This document shows, in pieces, positions 58,700 through 64,000 of a DNA stretch of 64,000 bases (within the stretch, counting starts at the first letter, position 1; every line of letters begins with the position of its first letter). The notes below the pieces were generated by a model, which was given only the letters and a program-made list of their open reading frames with translations, was not told where the DNA came from and searched no databases. Where the stretch lies: contig OZ316894.1 of assembly GCA_973895155.1 (NCBI GenBank), positions 15,058,699 to 15,122,698 on the forward strand. The letters run 5' to 3'. The stretch is from Marsupella aquatica (lineage: Eukaryota; Plantae; Marchantiophyta). Made by a program: the position numbers and the translations under genes.

Positions 58700-59023
58700 T
58701 GTGTGGTGCGTCCCATGGCTCCCTAACCCCAAGAAACCCCCCAGCTCAAGCCGATTCCCGCAGGTTTCGTGCTTGGCGAGGCCGTTTCCGCGGCTTAGCG
58801 GCATGGGACGCTGCTAACCTTCTACTACTACTATTAACATTTTACACACATATACTGGACAGATCCTTCATCGGGTCATGAGATACGTAGCCGGCCTAAT
58901 ATAGGCCTTCCCTTGTCTTCCCTTGTCTTCCCCTCCGTCTTGTTAGGTATGTTTGGATTCCGCCGCCGGAATGATCCCCAATAGGCTTGGTTAAGCCGCT
59001 AAGACCTCTCTCAGCTCGACACA
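58700..59023 (-). repeat. Putative 3' LTR (324 bp)
   Basis: On the plus strand it starts tgtgtgg and ends cgacaca. It is adjacent to the PPT and abruptly ends the 27-bp array region. Confidence 0.55.
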
Positions 59024-59622
59024 TCCAACTCTCACTCCCCTGCTTACTTTCCTTCCTTCTGTTGATGTGGGCACTCTTCACACAAGTTAATGCGACACAC
59101 AAATAGCAAATTGACTCATTCTGACTGAGTCATACCATGCACTTGCCATACAAACAGTACATCTCATACACAAGTTCTGCGAACTAAGCCGTGAGGCCAA
59201 CTCTATTCAGCTCTTAGGCATGAGGAAACATGAATATACACAAGGGTCACTGTATGACTAACCGAGAGCTTCTCGTACTACTTGATCCCAGCCCGGCTGG
59301 TGCAAACTAAAAACTTGCTAAAGAAGAGGCCCTGAGCTCCCCGCTGCCCAGGTACTTATCCTGGTAGTGGATCCGCCATTCTTTGCATCGTAAGCCTAAT
59401 CTACTTAACAGTAATCTACTTGCCCGAATCTACCTATGTACAGCAAGGCAGGAGCACAAGTGTTGCTCCTACCAGTGGGACCGCAATCCCACTAAGCTAA
59501 GTGTCAGGGCCGCTCCTGGTTCTGATCCTAATCCTAAACGTGGAGATCCGTGCCCGCCCTGCCCACTCACGCCTCCTCCCTCCACGTCCGCCCTCCCTAA
59601 AAGGAACGGCGCCCTTGCACCG

Positions 59623-62600
59623 TCACGACACCGGTGGTGGATCCTCAATGGACGCCCCCAATACTTCCTCCTCAGCCACTGCCGTTGGCCCGCCTACTGA
59701 CAGATTACCTGCCCTTGACCGAGTCAACTCTCCATCGGCCTGACTGGGTCCACCTTCGGCTTCGGCCTCGACACCGGCCTCGGTAATACCCACGGCTTCG
59801 GCTTCAGCCACTCCCACGGCTTCGGCCTCCCCTTCCCCTAGGGTAGTTGGATCCTTAGCCGTGACCCTGTCTGGGGTCGGTGCTGGGTCTACCTCCTTGA
59901 TCACCACGGCCTGTGAAGTCGTATTACTCCTTGACCCTGAAGGTTTCCGCTTCTTCTTCGTTGGTGGCTCGGCAGCTGGTCCCTTCCCCTTCCCACTTAC
60001 CTCCGGCACTGGTGCAGGTGGCGCGGCTTGTCCTTCGGCAATTACCACCCCTGGTAACTGGTTTGTCCCAACAGGAGATGGACCTGCTGCAGCTAAGCAT
60101 TTAAATACTGCGGCTTGTTTCTTCAGCCGCTCTGTTTGGTTGTCGGCCCGCCGCTGTAGGTTCTCCATCTTCCTCGTGATTTCCTCCAACTCCTCTTGGG
60201 TTTCATCCAGGTCCTTACGTGCCCCCTCCAGCTCGTTTTTGGCCTCCTCCTGCTCCCTGTGGGCTTCCTCCAATTCCTTCTTCAAGGTAGCCCTCTCCTC
60301 CTGGGTTGCTCTTAGCTCCTTGTCGAGCTCTGCAATGATGACAGACTCCATCTGGTTCATCTTGGCGTAAGTCTGTTCGAGCATCTCGTCCTTCTCCCTT
60401 AGGTCGGCCTTGAAGCTGGCCGTCAGGGACGCAAGCTCCTGCTGCAGTGCCATAATCCCTTGATAGGATTTCCCTAACTCGACCTCCTTCTGCTCAAGGG
60501 CTCCGCGGATTTTCTCGAGCTCCCCTTTCAACGCCCATTCCTTTCTTTGGGTCTCCGCCATGGCCCGGCTGTTGGCTGTTATGTGGGCCTCCTCTGTATT
60601 CTTTAGCTCTTGCTTCCACTTTTCCCTTTCTTTGATCGTGTCGGCCAACTCTTCCTGCGTCTGAGTCAGTTTATCCTTGATATTCTGATTATCAGCCTGC
60701 GCGGCGTCCAACTGCCCCTGCATGATGTTCAGCTCATGTCGTTTAATCCGCAGTTCATCTTGGGCTTTCTTGGCCGCCCTTAGATCTTCAATCTCGGCTT
60801 CCATCCTCCTAAGCCGCCGAATGACCTCGTCCTTCTTGCTTCTCTCTAAAGCCACCGCTTCTTCTAATTGGTGCTTCTCCAACTGCTCCCTATGGAAAAA
60901 GGGTCCTACCTCCAACTCCTCTCCAAAGATGCCGAGCGCAAGTTCCCCACACATCTCACCATACTCCATGGCTCTATTCTTAGCGTAGGTGGAGTAAGTA
61001 GAAGTGATCGGCATCGCCCATCGTGGCCTCTGCTCCCAAGCCGTCCTGCGGATCTCTTCAATCGTGGCTAGAGGTTTGCTTCCTTTTTCGGCTAGCCGCC
61101 TGATGTCCTCCGGCCAATCTCCTCCTGGTAAATCCTTTTCCTTAGCCAGGGCGGCCTCTTCCTCTTGCTTGATTCGCTCCTGAAATTCCTGCACCGTCTG
61201 TTTTATGCCGTCGAAGCTCGGGGGAGCAACATCTGGTGGGGGAGACTCAGGGCTACTCTGCTGGTTGGGGTCCCCTCGCACTACCCTTGGAAGTGTGGGG
61301 ACAAACCGGCCACAGGTCCTTACTCCTGGAACGTAATGGTCCGACCCATAGCCGGAATTATCATGGCTGCAGTCCTCCACTGCCTCCTCTACCTCTTGGA
61401 TTTCCGGCTTCTCCCTCTCCTCTTCCTCGGTAGGAGCTTCAGGCAATTCTGCCTCAGATTCGGAGCTTGAGGTTCCCACGTACATTCGAACACCTGGCTT
61501 GGATTCCGGCCTGATTCTCTCCTTGTCTCCAGCAAAGGGGTTTTCTCTTGTGAGCCGGTGTAGGCCTACCTCTGTAGTAGTGTCCTGCATTGTTGCCGTT
61601 GCCGTTGTTGTTGTTGCCGATGCCGATTTCTTTTCTTTCTCCAGTAGTTTCAGCAGACTCTGCATGCCTGGTTGCTGCATCGGCAAGTCTTCCTTCCTGG
61701 GCCTAAACACCTGCTCGATCGTAGGACTAACAGGTGGTTGAGGCTTCTCAGCCAACGGCCTCAGCGTTGGAGCTTCCTCGGGTGCCCTTACCTGCAGGGG
61801 AAGTACCGGGGCAAAAGTCTGACCTCTGGCATACCGGCACAACAGTGGCATGTGATAGCCAAGCCGCGACACGCTCCCCATGCCGATTACCTGCTGCTCC
61901 TCCTTTAAGATCTTCTTCAATTGGTTGAGGAGGTACCCGTTGTAGTCCCGGCTTGGGTCTGGCCTTTCTGCCAGATAGACCTGTGCTTTGCCGATCTCTG
62001 CCCTCGGCAAGTTACAATGCATGGTCACCCGCAAGAAGTCGATCATCTCTCCTATGTGCGGGTTGGTGCAGGTGTTCCGGAAGAAGCCATTCTTCGTTGA
62101 TGGCCCGGGGAACGACCGGAACTCCTTGTCAGGCAAGGTCTTCCTGGTATCAACTTTGGTCTTATTGCCCATCGGCAAGCCAAACACTTCGGCAATCACC
62201 TTGGGAGTAAGATAGAAATCCTTCCCATATATCCTCGTGCAATTGGTCTCGGGTTCCCATGACCCCACGAATTCTAATAGGTCTGACTCCGGTACCTCCG
62301 GCTTCAGCCATGGTAATCTTACAAAGGCCTCCAAGCCGGATCCGGCCATGAAGCCTTGGTACTTCTTGGTCTGCATGGCCGTAAAGCATGCATCCTCCTC
62401 CCGTGCAAAATGTAGTTGCACCTCCACCGGTAGGGTTGCCGCCCAGCCCTTCTAGGTGTCATCCCTGGTTGGAATGGCCTTGATGGGATCGACCTCCTCC
62501 TCTTCGGCTTCTCCCTGCCTCCTGCTCTGCTGCTCGGCTGGCTTCTTTGGTGCCGCCGACCTCGTTCTTTTTGCCGGGGTGGCTTCATCGTTGACGGCTC

Positions 62601-62967
62601 CCTTCCTCTTCATCTCTGCTGCCGTGGAGGTCTCTCCTAGCACCGTTGCCCGGGTCCACCTTTCCGTGCTACCCTTTAATTCCCAGTGTATGTCGTTGCA
62701 GTTCTTGATGGCCTCTCGGATGCCGACGACGCTGTCTTTGCAAAACAGAAGATCGTCGAGTTGATTGGAAGTAGGCGTCCACAAGAACTCGTCCTTGATG
62801 AGTTCGCCTCCTAAGAAAGCCGTCTTCTGCAGCTCCCACAATCGAGCGAGCTCCTGCCGTTCTCGAGCTGCCCTTTCTGACTCCTCGTCCTCGTAAGTCT
62901 TGATGTACTCAGTTGCCCGTTCGAACAGGCATCCCCAGAAATGTGCCGCTTGATTGACGTTGCTCAT
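59623..62967 (-). CDS. Gypsy accessory protein (globular domain plus long coiled coil), about 1,110 codons with one in-frame TAG at 62452-62454
   Basis: ORFs 62452-62967 and 59623-62427 are in the same frame. Extended E/K/Q heptads and a KKKRK NLS-like motif. Confidence 0.75.
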
Positions 62968-63327
62968 ACCCTCCTTAGGTTGATCGTCGGTATCTACTCT
63001 CTCCCGAGTGCTTGCCTAAGCAGCTGACAGTAGTTGGCCTCCCGTAGTCGTCTGCCTAGTTCATGCTCGCAAATGAGCCACCATCTCCTGCAAGCGCTCC
63101 TTACCCCTCTCCTCTGCCGGTCCTTCTTCCCGTTGATCCTTCCTAGCCGCCGACGCTTAACGCGCCCTAACCCTAATCGGGTTTTCACCCTCAGCCTTAC
63201 CTCCGGCCTCTGCCTGGGTTCCATGGTTGCCCCTAATTGTTTATATTTTCCTTGTTTTGTCACTATACTAAGGTGTTCCTAGGGTGCCTTCCTGCTTTAC
63301 CCACTTAACCGGCCGAGTGATTCCTGT

Positions 63328-64000
63328 CTAGGCATCACATAGCTCCCCACTTAATTGTGAAGCGTCCTCGCGAACAACTTCATCTTCGTCCATATAGTAT
63401 TTCTTGAGGCGGTCATAATGGATGCGAACTGGATATACTTCTCCCGTAATGTTGGCCAATTGCACGGAGCCATTGGGGAACATCATGGTTACTCTAAAGG
63501 GTCCTAACCAGCGAGTGTAAAGCTTTCCTGGAAACCTACTATACCTACTGTCATAAAGTAGCACAAGATCACCGGTATGAATACTAACTACTTTTAACCT
63601 TTTATCATACTGCTGCTTCATGATATTCTGTCTATATTCTACTCTCTCGGCTGAAATCATTCTCGCTTCCTCTAAAGCTTCTAACCTATATTCTCGCTCC
63701 TTTAGGCTCTCCTCCGCTGAGGCTCTTTCCTCAATTGTAACTTGAAATGTCGGTATCTCAAGTTGCATGGGTACCAGGGCTTCTTGTCCAAAGGTTAAGA
63801 AGAAGGGTGTATGACCGGTAGTGGATTTATAGGCCAGATTGTAAGCAAAAACAACAGCAAACAATTTATCATCCCAATCGAGTTTGTTCTGAGCTACTGT
63901 TTTGTTCAATATCTTTCCTATGATTCCGTTTGCTCGTTCTGTCAACCCGTTTGCCTTTGGATGGTAGGGAGTAGTAGGCCTATGTTTAACTAAATACTGC
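63328..64000 (-). CDS. Gypsy integrase core end and GPY/F region (partial; no chromodomain)
   Basis: YHPKANGLTERANG...WDDKLFAVVFAYN...TGHTPFFLTFGQEA...GDLVLLYD...KLYTRWLGPF...RLKKYY. Confidence 0.93.
   Translation of the reverse strand, partial: QYLVKHRPTTPYHPKANGLTERANGIIGKILNKTVAQNKLDWDDKLFAVVFAYNLAYKSTTGHTPFFLTFGQEALVPMQLEIPTFQVTIEERASAEESLKEREYRLEALEEARMISAERVEYRQNIMKQQYDKRLKVVSIHTGDLVLLYDSRYSRFPGKLYTRWLGPFRVTMMFPNGSVQLANITGEVYPVRIHYDRLKKYYMDEDEVVREDASQLSGELCDA

Larger units (their letters stand above)
58700..64000 (-). mobile_element. 3' half of a non-chromovirus Ty3/Gypsy element: integrase, large accessory ORF, PPT, 3' LTR
   Basis: Integrase C-terminus, a downstream sense ORF, a minus-strand purine tract aggggagtgagag (~59029-59041) and a TGTGT...ACACA-like bounded segment. 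Confidence 0.8.

Noticed and set aside
57813-58817. Several long repeat ORFs (DWDGPSPSL, GLGPSQSKL)
   Set aside because: A stop-poor 27-bp unit gives open frames on both strands, with no independent coding evidence.
58821-58838. TCTACTACTACTATTAA as a Helitron 5' end
   Set aside because: It is not preceded by A, no CTRR/hairpin partner or Rep-Hel was found, and it lies inside the putative LTR.
59623-62427. Calling the accessory ORF an env gene or a host myosin/SMC gene
   Set aside because: No signal peptide, transmembrane helix, motor or ATPase motif. The similarity is only generic coiled coil.

Overview
Eukaryotic, repeat-dense land-plant DNA (a non-seed plant such as a fern, lycophyte or bryophyte is an impression only). 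One clear host gene, an intact intronless 14-3-3 (15430-16221), sits among nested transposons. From left to right: the 3' end of a Gypsy-type element inserted into a Copia pol; a full-length Bianca-type Copia (6330-12266; 131-bp LTRs, AAATT TSD); Gypsy and LINE debris; a 16.5-kb CACTA/En-Spm element (22368-38907); a near full-length RTE-X-like LINE (39594-44234); a decayed ParB-like/amino-methyltransferase-like polyprotein gene with a HAD/FCP1 phosphatase and palindromic repeat arrays (about 49970-58670); and the 3' half of a second Gypsy element (58700-64000). Two candidate novel systems stand out. (1) The CACTA element carries open, intronless, co-oriented cargo ORFs upstream of its transposase: an EDM2-type composite PHD module, tandem BRCT, an F-box-only protein and a Cys/His-rich ORF. 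Most follow their own splice acceptor. (2) An OB-fold/ParB-like/N4-N6-MTase-like gene is flanked and interrupted by arrays of a TTGGA-N15-TCCAA dyad. All family assignments come from motif recognition by eye; no database searches were run.
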